Origin: Desulfobacterales bacterium
Lineage (GTDB): Bacteria > Desulfobacterota > Desulfobacteria > Desulfobacterales > UBA5852
DNA: 64,000 nucleotides
NCBI GenBank assembly: GCA_963674755.2
Contig: CAXXVS010000003.1
Coordinates: 1,824,001 to 1,888,000, forward strand
Direction: 5' to 3'
Under the pieces are notes generated by a model. That model did no database searches. It saw nothing but the letters and a program-made list of their open reading frames with translations, and was not told the DNA's origin. The stretch's first letter is position 1. Every line of letters begins with the position of its first letter. Below, piece by piece: positions 49,662 to 58,944 of the stretch. The position numbers and the translations under genes were made by a program.

Positions 49662-50837
49662 ATGCATGGTTTTGATTATGAATCAATAGAAGATTTCAAA
49701 GAAGCGTGTTTGTATCAAAGGGAGAAATTATCGCCGGAAGATGTATTAGGAAGGATTTATACAGCTGACCAGCTTAGATATTTTTCAGAGAAAGAAGACT
49801 TGAATCTAATAGGATTTTCTACCGCAGGTTCGGGTCTGAAAGCAAGATACAAATTGGCTAAAGAGATAGCAAAAAGACTACCTATAGCAAAGATAGGTAT
49901 GCTATTATCGGAGATAGACCATGAACATTATTTTCGAATAATGAGTTTAAGAAAATTACCAAAGGAGAGACCCTTTGATTCAATCAGAAATTCAATTCGA
50001 CATCTATCAAATCAGAACATATCACTGAAAAACAATTTCAAAAGCTTGTTTAATGGAATAACACAGCCCGCAGGGAGGAATTGTAAACTTGAGTCAGTTA
50101 AAGAAGAGGATGACTGTTTAAGCTTTTTGTTTAGTTGTACAAGAGTACTTGCCATTCCTGAAAGTGGAGGTGCAAGCTACGAAGACTATTTCTTAGCAAG
50201 AATACCAGTCTTGATAAGAGTACTTTTTAACAAGTCACTTTTAGAAATTTCGATGCCCTTTTTCTTTGAACCACTTAAAGTAGATTCGAGATCGATTATA
50301 AATATTCCTGATAGATTTCAATTGATAGTTGAATCTGCCTTGTTAAAATTTATGAAAATTTTCCAATATGAATTTAAACCGGTAAATTTTCGGAAATTTA
50401 CAATGTTTTTAGAAACTGAGTATTCAGCTGAGGATTACGGGTGGCGGATAGAACCTTTAACTGAAGCTGCCTTTGATTTAACGCAGGGCGTTATACCTCT
50501 AAAAAATATTTTAACAAAATTTTCTAATAGCATTAATCGTGAGTGTGAGAGAAGAAAAATAAATCATCCAATTCAACAAATAGATTTATACAAATTGTTC
50601 AGAGCAATTAAAGAAGAAAGTTATACTTACTCTATGGTATTGAAAGCACAATTAGGGAAAAGAAAAGGCGATTATATTTTTTCGGTTCTATACGGCGCTC
50701 CCAATTCGAAATACTTTCCATTAATAGTTATCAATAAAAACAGAGAAAGCGTAGCAAAAAACATTTGGGAAGCTATGGCAGACTCTCAGAAAATGAGATA
50801 CAGAAATCCTTATAAGTTGACCAAACTTCTAAAATAG
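49662..50837 (+). CDS. Hypothetical protein, first gene of an AT-rich three-gene operon
   Basis: 391-aa ORF in AT-rich DNA, GGAGG RBS, no motif recognised. Confidence 0.85.
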   Translation: MHGFDYESIEDFKEACLYQREKLSPEDVLGRIYTADQLRYFSEKEDLNLIGFSTAGSGLKARYKLAKEIAKRLPIAKIGMLLSEIDHEHYFRIMSLRKLPKERPFDSIRNSIRHLSNQNISLKNNFKSLFNGITQPAGRNCKLESVKEEDDCLSFLFSCTRVLAIPESGGASYEDYFLARIPVLIRVLFNKSLLEISMPFFFEPLKVDSRSIINIPDRFQLIVESALLKFMKIFQYEFKPVNFRKFTMFLETEYSAEDYGWRIEPLTEAAFDLTQGVIPLKNILTKFSNSINRECERRKINHPIQQIDLYKLFRAIKEESYTYSMVLKAQLGKRKGDYIFSVLYGAPNSKYFPLIVINKNRESVAKNIWEAMADSQKMRYRNPYKLTKLLK

Positions 50838-50840
50838 AAA

Positions 50841-51230
50841 ATGAGAATGATAAATTTAGAAATAGATTATAACAAAGTTGGATTAAATCACCAGGAAGGT
50901 GTTTCCATTTTAAATGCTATTAATAATCGAATTAAAACGCATCCTAATAAAGAAATTGTTATAAGCGACATAGCAGAAGCAGCATCTGAAACGGCAGATA
51001 AGGTTAAGAAAATATTGTTTCTTTTAATAACTTCAAGAAAAATAGAAGCCACTTTTTTGCCGAGACATAAGGTTTGCGGCTATGTGGTTGGGAGAGAAAG
51101 TAGATCTGAATTAGAAATACTACGTAAAATTGAAAATGAAGATCTAAGTTGGTGTCATAAATGCAATGCCCCAATAGAGGACATCAATGATATAGATATT
51201 CAGATAGTGTTTAGATATAATGAGGTGTAA
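50841..51230 (+). CDS. Small HTH-like + Zn-ribbon protein
   Basis: ISDIAEAASETADKVKKIL; HKVC...CHKC; 3 nt after the previous stop. Confidence 0.75.
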   Translation: MRMINLEIDYNKVGLNHQEGVSILNAINNRIKTHPNKEIVISDIAEAASETADKVKKILFLLITSRKIEATFLPRHKVCGYVVGRESRSELEILRKIENEDLSWCHKCNAPIEDINDIDIQIVFRYNEV

Positions 51231-52005
51231 TTTGGATATTGAAAATATTGCAACAATAAATGACTACGAAAAATTTATTGATCAATACGGCAATTCTGCA
51301 GGGGATTATGCTTTTGAATGGAGCATTGCAGTCAAGGCAGGTTGGAAGAAAAGGGAGTTCGATAAGCTATATAATAGCTATGTAATTTCCTGCAAAAAAG
51401 GAATTTTAGAAAAGCAATCAGCAGCTAAAATAAAGGGTGATCCACTTGAAGATCTCGCGAGATATTATTTGCAAATGGGTGGAATTGTACATGATATAAG
51501 TGAAATAAATGAAAAAGGCGTTTGGCAAATTGATGGTCAAGGAACTAAAAATACAACTGCAATCCTATTGTGTTGGGGTGAAGAATTATGTGCAAAAATA
51601 GGTGCTCAGTTATTTATGGAAGCAAAAAACCATAAGGAACCAATGAAAACCGAAGATTTTTCACATTATTATTCTAAAATGACCGAGCATGGCTGCCAAA
51701 CAGGTGTCGTTTTTTCAACCTCTGGTTATTCAGTGGGACATGGGAAGGGTATCGCTCCAAAAATTTACTATCATTACTTGAGAGGATATATTCATATTTT
51801 AATGAGCTTCTCATCAATATATAATACCGCTGTAAATGATATTCCCCCTTTAATTGTTTTACGGTTAGCAATAACCTATGCTACAAATAATAGCTATGTT
51901 AACGATAGAGAAATTCAATTCGAATATTCGAAAAAATACTGCCATTTACTTATTAATAATGAATTCGATCGGATAAACAAAATTGTTTACAAAAAAATCG
52001 TATGA
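51220..52005 (+). CDS. Mrr-like PD-(D/E)XK restriction endonuclease domain protein
   Basis: KGDPLEDL..QIDG..MEAKN..GVVFSTSGYS; overlaps the previous gene by 11 nt. Confidence 0.75.
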   Translation: MRCNLDIENIATINDYEKFIDQYGNSAGDYAFEWSIAVKAGWKKREFDKLYNSYVISCKKGILEKQSAAKIKGDPLEDLARYYLQMGGIVHDISEINEKGVWQIDGQGTKNTTAILLCWGEELCAKIGAQLFMEAKNHKEPMKTEDFSHYYSKMTEHGCQTGVVFSTSGYSVGHGKGIAPKIYYHYLRGYIHILMSFSSIYNTAVNDIPPLIVLRLAITYATNNSYVNDREIQFEYSKKYCHLLINNEFDRINKIVYKKIV

Positions 52006-52066
52006 TTTTTAAATAGATGAATACAATAATCCAAAAACCAAAAAATTATGTGGTAATTTATATAAC

Positions 52067-52630
52067 ATGAGTACCAAGAGAGAAGATAAGGCGAGAAAAT
52101 ACCTTTCAGAAAAATTGTGTGATCTTTTTTACATTAAAGAAGAGGTAATAGGTTTCTGGCCCTTAGATGGTCGGCAACTTCGTCTTGATCTCTTACTAAG
52201 ACCAAAAGAAAAGGCTAAGTCTTTAGGATTTGACGTAGAAGCTATTGGTATAGAAATAAAAGACCCACAATCGAAAGAAAGTGTTAAAAAGTTACTTAAC
52301 TGTGTTGTTCAAGCATACACGTACACATTTTGCGAATTTGACGGAGTTAGACCTGCTTTTATTTTGCTGTATCCAGAAATCGAAAAATTTTTTGAACATG
52401 ACTGGATACACAAGTATTCTAAATCAAATAATGAAAAACCGTCTCATCGCGAAATAAACCTTTTAAGGAGACTAATGCAGAGAGCAAATATTGGTGAACT
52501 CATTATATCTGATGACCAATATACCTTTAAGTTTGCGTTCGCTCGGTTTTTTGATTCAAGGCGTGGAAGATCTAAAGTAAAAGGCCTTGGTTTAAACCGA
52601 TATGTTGGTTCACGAAAGACGAAAAGTTAA
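52067..52630 (+). CDS. Hypothetical protein, possible PD-(D/E)XK nuclease
   Basis: EEV..RLDLLL..GIEIK..QAYTY pattern. Confidence 0.55.
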   Translation: MSTKREDKARKYLSEKLCDLFYIKEEVIGFWPLDGRQLRLDLLLRPKEKAKSLGFDVEAIGIEIKDPQSKESVKKLLNCVVQAYTYTFCEFDGVRPAFILLYPEIEKFFEHDWIHKYSKSNNEKPSHREINLLRRLMQRANIGELIISDDQYTFKFAFARFFDSRRGRSKVKGLGLNRYVGSRKTKS

Positions 52631-52668
52631 TCTGATATGCTTCTAACACATATTTGTGAGGGTGATAT

Positions 52669-53172
52669 ATGAAGTTTATTACAGAATGTTTAACAGCAAA
52701 TAAAACTTATGTCGAAAAGTTTTTTTACATCTTTTCCAGAGCGGAATATGCTCTTAAAGTATCTGGCTATCTTGAACCAAAAAGCTATGCATCTGCCAAC
52801 TGGCAATCGTTTGCCAAGGCTATTCGTGACAAATTTGACGAAAATAGAGCCGTTGAGTTAAAAGAATCTGTTAAATATTTAAAAGACTACCCTCCAAGGA
52901 AACAAGTTAATCGGGAAGGCCATCTGGAATGGGATGATTCACCACTTGGCAAGAAAACCCCTAATGTTCATTATGTTGTGACAATGATATGTCGAATTAG
53001 AAATAATCTTTTTCATGGAGGGAAGTTTTCCCATGGTTCTTCAAAAGAAATATCTCGAAATACGATGCTGATTAAAAACGCAACAAATATCCTTTGTGAA
53101 CTCATGAGATTGGACGAGCAAGTTAGTCACTATTTCAATCAACCATTAGATACTGAAGATGGAAAGGAGTAG
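52669..53172 (+). CDS. HEPN-domain protein (putative RNase)
   Basis: FSRAEYALK and RIRNNLFHGGK (RxxxxH). Confidence 0.7.
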   Translation: MKFITECLTANKTYVEKFFYIFSRAEYALKVSGYLEPKSYASANWQSFAKAIRDKFDENRAVELKESVKYLKDYPPRKQVNREGHLEWDDSPLGKKTPNVHYVVTMICRIRNNLFHGGKFSHGSSKEISRNTMLIKNATNILCELMRLDEQVSHYFNQPLDTEDGKE

Positions 53173-53298
53173 AATCAGAGAGAAGACCAAACGGGGTCGC
53201 ATCTTAACTATTAATTTTTCATAGAGCCAAGGACCATTCAGGGGACGTTCTGAACTTATAAACTACAAAAAAAATGAAGATCGAACGGGGCATATTGA

Positions 53299-53866
53299 AT
53301 GAAGTTGTTCTGCCTGTTTCTCGGAATTCTCATCGCCTTCGGATTCATCATAAACGAGCTGACCCTCTCCCTGGTCTACCTGATGATGCCTGACGGATCG
53401 ACGGTCGTCTTTTCATCCGAAACATTGCTTTATGCCATAAAACTTAAAATGTGGATGGGGACTTCAGCCAGCCTAACTCTCATTTTCGCCGTGGGGCTTT
53501 TTTGCAAACAGTACGGGCCGTCATTCCGATGGGTCGTCATGCCGGTAATCATGCTGTCCGGTTCGGTTATATATACCGCCTTGACGATGTATAAGTTGCA
53601 CACGTGGGTCGCATCAAGCGGCTCATACGGCTACATCAATGCGCCGATTGACATACGCTCTGTACCTGACGTCGATACCGATCGTGGCACTGGTAGAAGG
53701 GGCAATTTTAATTCTTTGGTCGCTGCTCCTCGATTGGTGGCATAAAAACGATGAACCGGAATCAAGCGACGTCGCGGATAAGATTGAAGCTTTACCGGCG
53801 AACGACACGCCGGTTTCTAATCCTCCGCCCAGCACGGAAAGCAAGGAAATAGCAGTATGCGGATAA
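53299..53866 (+). pseudogene. Hypothetical membrane protein, probably frameshifted near 53665
   Basis: Three TM helices in 53299..53745; a fourth TM helix and acidic tail continue in frame 53639..53866. Confidence 0.45.
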
Positions 53867-54069
53867 GAGTATCCCAGACCAGCGACCGGATCGTAGTCAA
53901 AATCGAAAACGGCGGCGAGATCGAGATCTCGTTCAACGCAGCGGAAGGGGAGGGCGGCCCAAGCCAGTGCCGGATCTCATACAACGGCCGGCAGGTTGCG
54001 AGCCATGAATCCGAGCAGATGGGCAGGATGGAGTTTTGGGATGTGCCGCTGTCGGGAGGAATAGGATAG
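53857..54069 (+). CDS. Small hypothetical protein
   Basis: 70-aa ORF with AAGGA RBS, beta-rich pattern. Confidence 0.5.
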   Translation: MRIRVSQTSDRIVVKIENGGEIEISFNAAEGEGGPSQCRISYNGRQVASHESEQMGRMEFWDVPLSGGIG

Positions 54070-54248
54070 TGTTCATCCATAAATGGCATCTTTCGGCCCC
54101 TGGCGGCATTCTCGCTCGTTTTCAATCCTCGAAATAGCGGACTATTCCTCCGGTTAAAAAACGCGCTCGGGCCTTGCCAGGAACCAAAACCCACCATTTA
54201 TGGACGGACACCAGGCTAGAACACAATCTTTCATGAAAGGAGATCGGG

Positions 54249-54473
54249 ATGGACAATTACCACATCACAAAAGACGGCGGTAAGTGGAAGTTCCAAAAGG
54301 AAGGCAATCAGCGGGCATCCAAAACAGCCGAGACCAAAACCGAGATCATCAAACAGATGAGGGACTACATGAGCGATAAAACGGGCTCTGTGAAGATCCA
54401 CAAACAGGATGGAAAGATCCAGGAAGAGCGGACCTACCCGAGGTCGGCCGATCCGAGCAGGAGCAAGGGGTAA
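54249..54473 (+). CDS. DUF2188-family protein
   Basis: YHIT..W...EG..RAS..TK.E..IHKQDGKIQEERTYP..DP; AGGAG RBS. Confidence 0.85.
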   Translation: MDNYHITKDGGKWKFQKEGNQRASKTAETKTEIIKQMRDYMSDKTGSVKIHKQDGKIQEERTYPRSADPSRSKG

Positions 54474-54694
54474 TACCGCACTATGATGAAGAAGGCTACA
54501 GCGACATGCGAGCATAATGTTCTTGAATTACATCGAAAGCAGCTGATTGTAATCTGAAACAAGCCAACCCTGTTCACCCTCCTTAGCCAACTAAAAAGTC
54601 AGCCTTCTTTGTGCCGGTATTCTATCGTTCGGAAGAGCGAAATTTATCTTAATTCGATAATAATGGGTTCAAATGATGATGAATGGAGGGTGAC

Positions 54695-55480
54695 ATGAAA
54701 AATTATTCAATCGATTCTATTGATAGAAGAAACGCCATATTCAGAATTGGTGGCATGGCGGCCTTTGGGCTTGGAATTTTGGGGCCATCTGAACATGCCT
54801 TGGCTCAACAACCATGCAATATTTCCAAGGAGCTGCTGCTATCGCTTGGGTATAAAATTCAAGCGATAAATAGAATGACAAATAATCAAATTCTCTCCGA
54901 AAATCCTGATGATAGGGTTGTCTATGTTGAAATGATCAAGGGCATGACTCAAGTTTTAAGCGAAATTAAGCTAAATGCGGATGAAATGTATCTGGTATGG
55001 CGGCATGAGTATATCGAGTTAAGTATCGAAATTCAGAATATGGGTATAAGCACCACAAAAGGGTTTGAGAAGGTTGCCCCCGATCCTAAATCAATTAAGG
55101 TTGAGAAAAGAGAATCATGCTGGGGGGTCCTCTTGAGCATAATTTTAGAAACTATAGGTATTGACGACGCCCTTAAGCGCATATTTGATGAGGTACTTAA
55201 GCGCGCAGGACTGGAAACTCTGGGAAAAGAAATTATGAAAGCCTCTATAGAGAAGAATTGGCCTAAAGTATCCCTTCAACTAGAAGATCTGATTTCGAGA
55301 GTTTTTCAAAAATATTTATTGGAAGAACTAAAACGAAATATCCCACCAGCCGCATATAAAAAAATGTTAGGAAAAGTCGCGGGCAGGTTTGTTCCCTGGA
55401 TTGGGTGGGGATTATTTTGCCTATCATTGTTAACCTCCATCAGTCACAACTGGGATGAGCTGCGAAATTGCGAATTTTAA
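54695..55480 (+). CDS. Hypothetical Tat-exported protein
   Basis: IDRRNAI, hydrophobic core, ALA cleavage site; hydrophobic C-terminal segment; GGAGG RBS. Confidence 0.7.
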   Translation: MKNYSIDSIDRRNAIFRIGGMAAFGLGILGPSEHALAQQPCNISKELLLSLGYKIQAINRMTNNQILSENPDDRVVYVEMIKGMTQVLSEIKLNADEMYLVWRHEYIELSIEIQNMGISTTKGFEKVAPDPKSIKVEKRESCWGVLLSIILETIGIDDALKRIFDEVLKRAGLETLGKEIMKASIEKNWPKVSLQLEDLISRVFQKYLLEELKRNIPPAAYKKMLGKVAGRFVPWIGWGLFCLSLLTSISHNWDELRNCEF

Positions 55481-55544
55481 ATTCCCAAATGACATAACCA
55501 TATCGACATACTGTGAATATCATGATGGTTTTCTGGTAATCGAA

Positions 55545-56404
55545 TATCCATCTCGCTGAAACGAAGACTGACCTGGACCGTATAATAGCCCGGTTCGGAC
55601 AGCGCCCAACCGTTGACACCGACCGCGGGGAACAGTGATTCATATACCGATTCGCCCGGATTGAGGACTTTGGCCGTGCAGGCTAAATCATAGTGGGCAA
55701 ACGGGGAGAATTGCCGTGCCGGTCGGCCGTCCTTTTTGATAATGACAACCATGCTGTCAAGCCGGGAAAGGATATTCCCGTCAATAACAATCGGCTGCGA
55801 GGTGATATTGGTCAACTTCAACTCCAGGACCACTGGTTCCATGAATTCCCAGTTGGCGGTTTTGCGATTGGCACGGACTTCGAGCTTAAGCGGGGGTTTG
55901 GTGACCAGATTGGCGCCCCGGAAACCGTGGTTATCGAACCAGTCGGCGTTACCGGGCTGGGCGTATTCATAAGGGGCATGCCGCATAAACAACAGTTCGC
56001 TGTCGTCAAAACGATACTCGAAATTAGAGAAGTAATCCTCCTCGGAATTGGTGTAGCTATAGGGTCCGCCGGGGTAATAGAAAGGATAATTCATGAAGCT
56101 GAGAGAGGCGGTGTTGTTGGTCAGCGGAATCCAGCTGGAACCGAAGCCGACATAGTGTTTCTGCCAGCTATGGGCCAAATTGAAACAATGCCGGCTTCGT
56201 GGATTGCGCACCAGAACTTGTATCGCTCAGCCCAGTCCTGAGGCTGAACCATCCCTGCCGGAGCGTTGAAGAGGGGTGAGTCAAGAAAGATCGAGGTTCC
56301 CTGGCGGTGGTTGGGACCGATGCCGTCAAACATTATTCCGGCTAGGTTGGGACTTTGTTCATGAGCGGCTGCAAAAAAAATCCAAATGGCCCATTGGGGG
56401 GCGT
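55545..56404 (-). pseudogene. Zn-metallopeptidase fragment, truncated by IS21
   Basis: HEAG/HCFNLAH (HExxHxxxxxH) split by a 1-nt deletion near 56190; SFMNYP Met-turn-like motif; 5' end replaced by the IS. Confidence 0.7.
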
Positions 56405-56462
56405 TGTCAATGGGAATGAAAAGTGTACCAGTTTCGGGAAACGAAAAGTGTACCACTCCCGC

Positions 56463-57251
56463 TCAGTTAATGGTTTCGGTTAATGCAGCCGGTGTAGCCG
56501 GCGCGGTGTTAAATTCGTTCTTTGACAAAGTGTGCTTTCTGAGCCGGTAGCTGTGGCCCTTGATGTTGACCACCCGACAGTGGTGGAGCAGCCGGTCGAG
56601 GATCGCGGTGGCAATGACCTGATCGCCGAACAGCTCCTGCCAGTCCCCGAAGCTCTTGTTGGAGGTGATGATGGTGGAGCTTCGCTCGTAGCGGTAGCTG
56701 ATGAACTGGAAGAACAGGTAGGCTTCCTTGCTGTCGATGGGCAGATAGCCCACCTCATCGACCACCACCAGACTGGAGGTCAGATAGGCCTTGTGCCGGG
56801 ACTGGGACTGCTCCTTAAGTTTTCGCATCAGGGCGTCCATGGTCATGAAATAGACCTTGAAGCCGTGATGACAGGCCTTGGTGGCCAATGCGATCGCCAG
56901 ATGGGTTTTGCCCACCCCCGGAGGCCCCAGGAAGATCACGTTCTCGTGCTTGGGGATGAAGTCCAGATCGAAGAGCGCCATGACTTCTTTCTTATTGAGA
57001 TCCGGGTGGAACGAGAAGTCGTAGGCATCGATGGTTTTGGCCGCCGGAAGGCCCGCGGTCTTCATGGCGGTCTCCACCCGCCGCTTTTCCTTGGCGCCGA
57101 CTTCCTCCTCCAGCAGGTGATCCAGGAAAGCCATATATGAGCTCTTGTCGGTTTCGGCCTGCAAAAGGACAGTGTCGAGCACGGCGGCAGCCTGGGTGAG
57201 CTTTAGCCGCTGAAGATTGTCCCGAAGGCGGTCTGTAATCAGTTGATCCAT
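56463..57251 (-). CDS. istB: IS21 helper ATPase
   Basis: GPPGVGKTHLA, VVDEVGY, TSNK, AILDRLLHH. Confidence 0.96.
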   Translation of the reverse strand: MDQLITDRLRDNLQRLKLTQAAAVLDTVLLQAETDKSSYMAFLDHLLEEEVGAKEKRRVETAMKTAGLPAAKTIDAYDFSFHPDLNKKEVMALFDLDFIPKHENVIFLGPPGVGKTHLAIALATKACHHGFKVYFMTMDALMRKLKEQSQSRHKAYLTSSLVVVDEVGYLPIDSKEAYLFFQFISYRYERSSTIITSNKSFGDWQELFGDQVIATAILDRLLHHCRVVNIKGHSYRLRKHTLSKNEFNTAPATPAALTETIN

Positions 57252-58516
57252 ACCCCACCTCCTTTCTGGGCCGCCTGTTCGTAGACGGACAGCGGCCTGT
57301 AGAGCACTTGGGGAAACAGGCTGCCGTTGACCAGACCCCGCGTGGCCTTGCCCTTGCGGCGGCCGTAGGGTGGTGTCTTCGGCGGCTGTTCGCGACGCAG
57401 CTTGAGGATCTCCTCGATGATGGCCGGATCGGTGATCATCCGCCCCTTCTCCGGGCTCTCGGTGTGGGTGATCAGCAGCCGGTCATCGTCGTAAATGCGG
57501 ATGACGCCGTCCTTGATCCTCAGCAGCACTTTTTTGCCGACCGCTTCCGGCGGCACCTGGTAACGGCTAGCGTTGTAGGAGATCAAGCAGTCTTTGTAGA
57601 CCTTCCGGTAGACCTTGATGGCGGTGTCGTAGTTTCTGGGCACCGAACCGAGGCTGCGGACCTCCTGCTGCCAGCGCATGTCGACGAGCTGCCGGTGAGT
57701 GCGATGCTCGCGCCGGTTGGCGGTCTCCGAGATCCAGTGGAGCAGATCCGCATTGGCCTGGTCGATGCTCTCAAACACATAGCCGCGCCAGAAAGCTTCC
57801 CGGATGTAGTCGATGGGGCGTTCCACCTTGCCTTTGGTCCAGGGGCTATAGGGGGCGCACAGCACCGGCTTGAAGCCGCAGTGGTCGGCAAAATCGGTGA
57901 ACTCGACATTGATGCGCGCTCGCCCATCGGCGCGGCCGGCGAACACATGGCGCATGTTGTCATAGAGCAGTTCGAAAGGCACGCCCCCGAGATACTTGAA
58001 GGCCCGCAAGTGGGCGTCCATAAACGCCGCCAGAGTGCAGCGGGTGACGAACTCGGCGTACATGGCCCGGGAAAATCCGAGAACCAGCAGGAACAGATGC
58101 ACGGTGATGTCGGCGACACCGGCAGCGGCGATCTTAAAGTCGGCCCAGTCCACCTGGCCTTGCAGACCGGGAACCGTCTCGAACCGCAGGAAGGCCTGAC
58201 GACGATTGCGGGCTTTGACGGCTCGCACATAGGTTTTGACCGTGTCGTAGCCGCCGGAATAGCCGAGGTCTTTGATCTTCTGAAAGATCCATGTACCGCG
58301 GTAATTGTCCTGCTGGAGCCAGTCGTCGATCATCTGGTGGTAGGGGGAAAGGATCGATTCCTTGCGCTTGTGTTTACGATACCGGGGCATTGTGGGATCT
58401 GCCAGGTACTTGGTGACGGTGTTGCGGTGAATGCCAAGCTTCCGGGCAATGGCGCGCATCGTGAAGCCTTGGCGGTGATAGGAATGAATGTCCATGAATG
58501 CCTCCCTGGTGATCAT
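57239..58516 (-). CDS. istA: IS21 transposase
   Basis: N-terminal HTH, RFETVPG..QVDW, YDNM, KGKVER. Confidence 0.96.
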   Translation of the reverse strand: MITREAFMDIHSYHRQGFTMRAIARKLGIHRNTVTKYLADPTMPRYRKHKRKESILSPYHQMIDDWLQQDNYRGTWIFQKIKDLGYSGGYDTVKTYVRAVKARNRRQAFLRFETVPGLQGQVDWADFKIAAAGVADITVHLFLLVLGFSRAMYAEFVTRCTLAAFMDAHLRAFKYLGGVPFELLYDNMRHVFAGRADGRARINVEFTDFADHCGFKPVLCAPYSPWTKGKVERPIDYIREAFWRGYVFESIDQANADLLHWISETANRREHRTHRQLVDMRWQQEVRSLGSVPRNYDTAIKVYRKVYKDCLISYNASRYQVPPEAVGKKVLLRIKDGVIRIYDDDRLLITHTESPEKGRMITDPAIIEEILKLRREQPPKTPPYGRRKGKATRGLVNGSLFPQVLYRPLSVYEQAAQKGGGVWIN

Positions 58517-58629
58517 GGCGGCGCCCTCCTTTAGCAGAGGGTCTTACCACCAATTACACCACCGGGGTGGTACACTTTTCATTCCCATTATTGGTACACT
58601 TTAGCATTCCCGCCGACAACGTAGCGTGA

Positions 58630-58689
58630 ATCTACGGCGTGAGCTGGAGTACCATGAAGCATTTCGTGGTGAGCAGGGGACTGGCTTGA
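58630..58689 (+). pseudogene. 3'-terminal relic of the serine resolvase
   Basis: Encodes IYGVSWSTMKHFVVSRGLA*, matching the C-termini of the other two copies. Confidence 0.9.
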
Positions 58690-58944
58690 TGTGGGGCAAA
58701 CTTGGCCTTCGGCACCGGCAGATGTAGTGCGCAGCCATACTGAACACAATAAATGTGTCCTAAGGACATTTGCCTGTTGTTTTCATTTATTCATTTTTCA
58801 AGCCACCAATTACGATGGCAATCCTCTTTCATTATCAAATATGCAAGCCAAACATCCTCGTGTATGGCCATTTAGGTACTAATCGATTCTAATTATTCAG
58901 CCCGTTTTTGAAGATCGGCTGCATTTGCTTGGTAAATTGAAAGA

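Larger units (their letters stand above)
56405..58618 (-). mobile_element. IS21-family insertion sequence (2214 bp)
   Basis: TG..CA ends, each with two copies of a GGGAA-N2-4-AAAGTGTACCA repeat; istA and istB inside; no flanking direct repeat. Confidence 0.93.
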
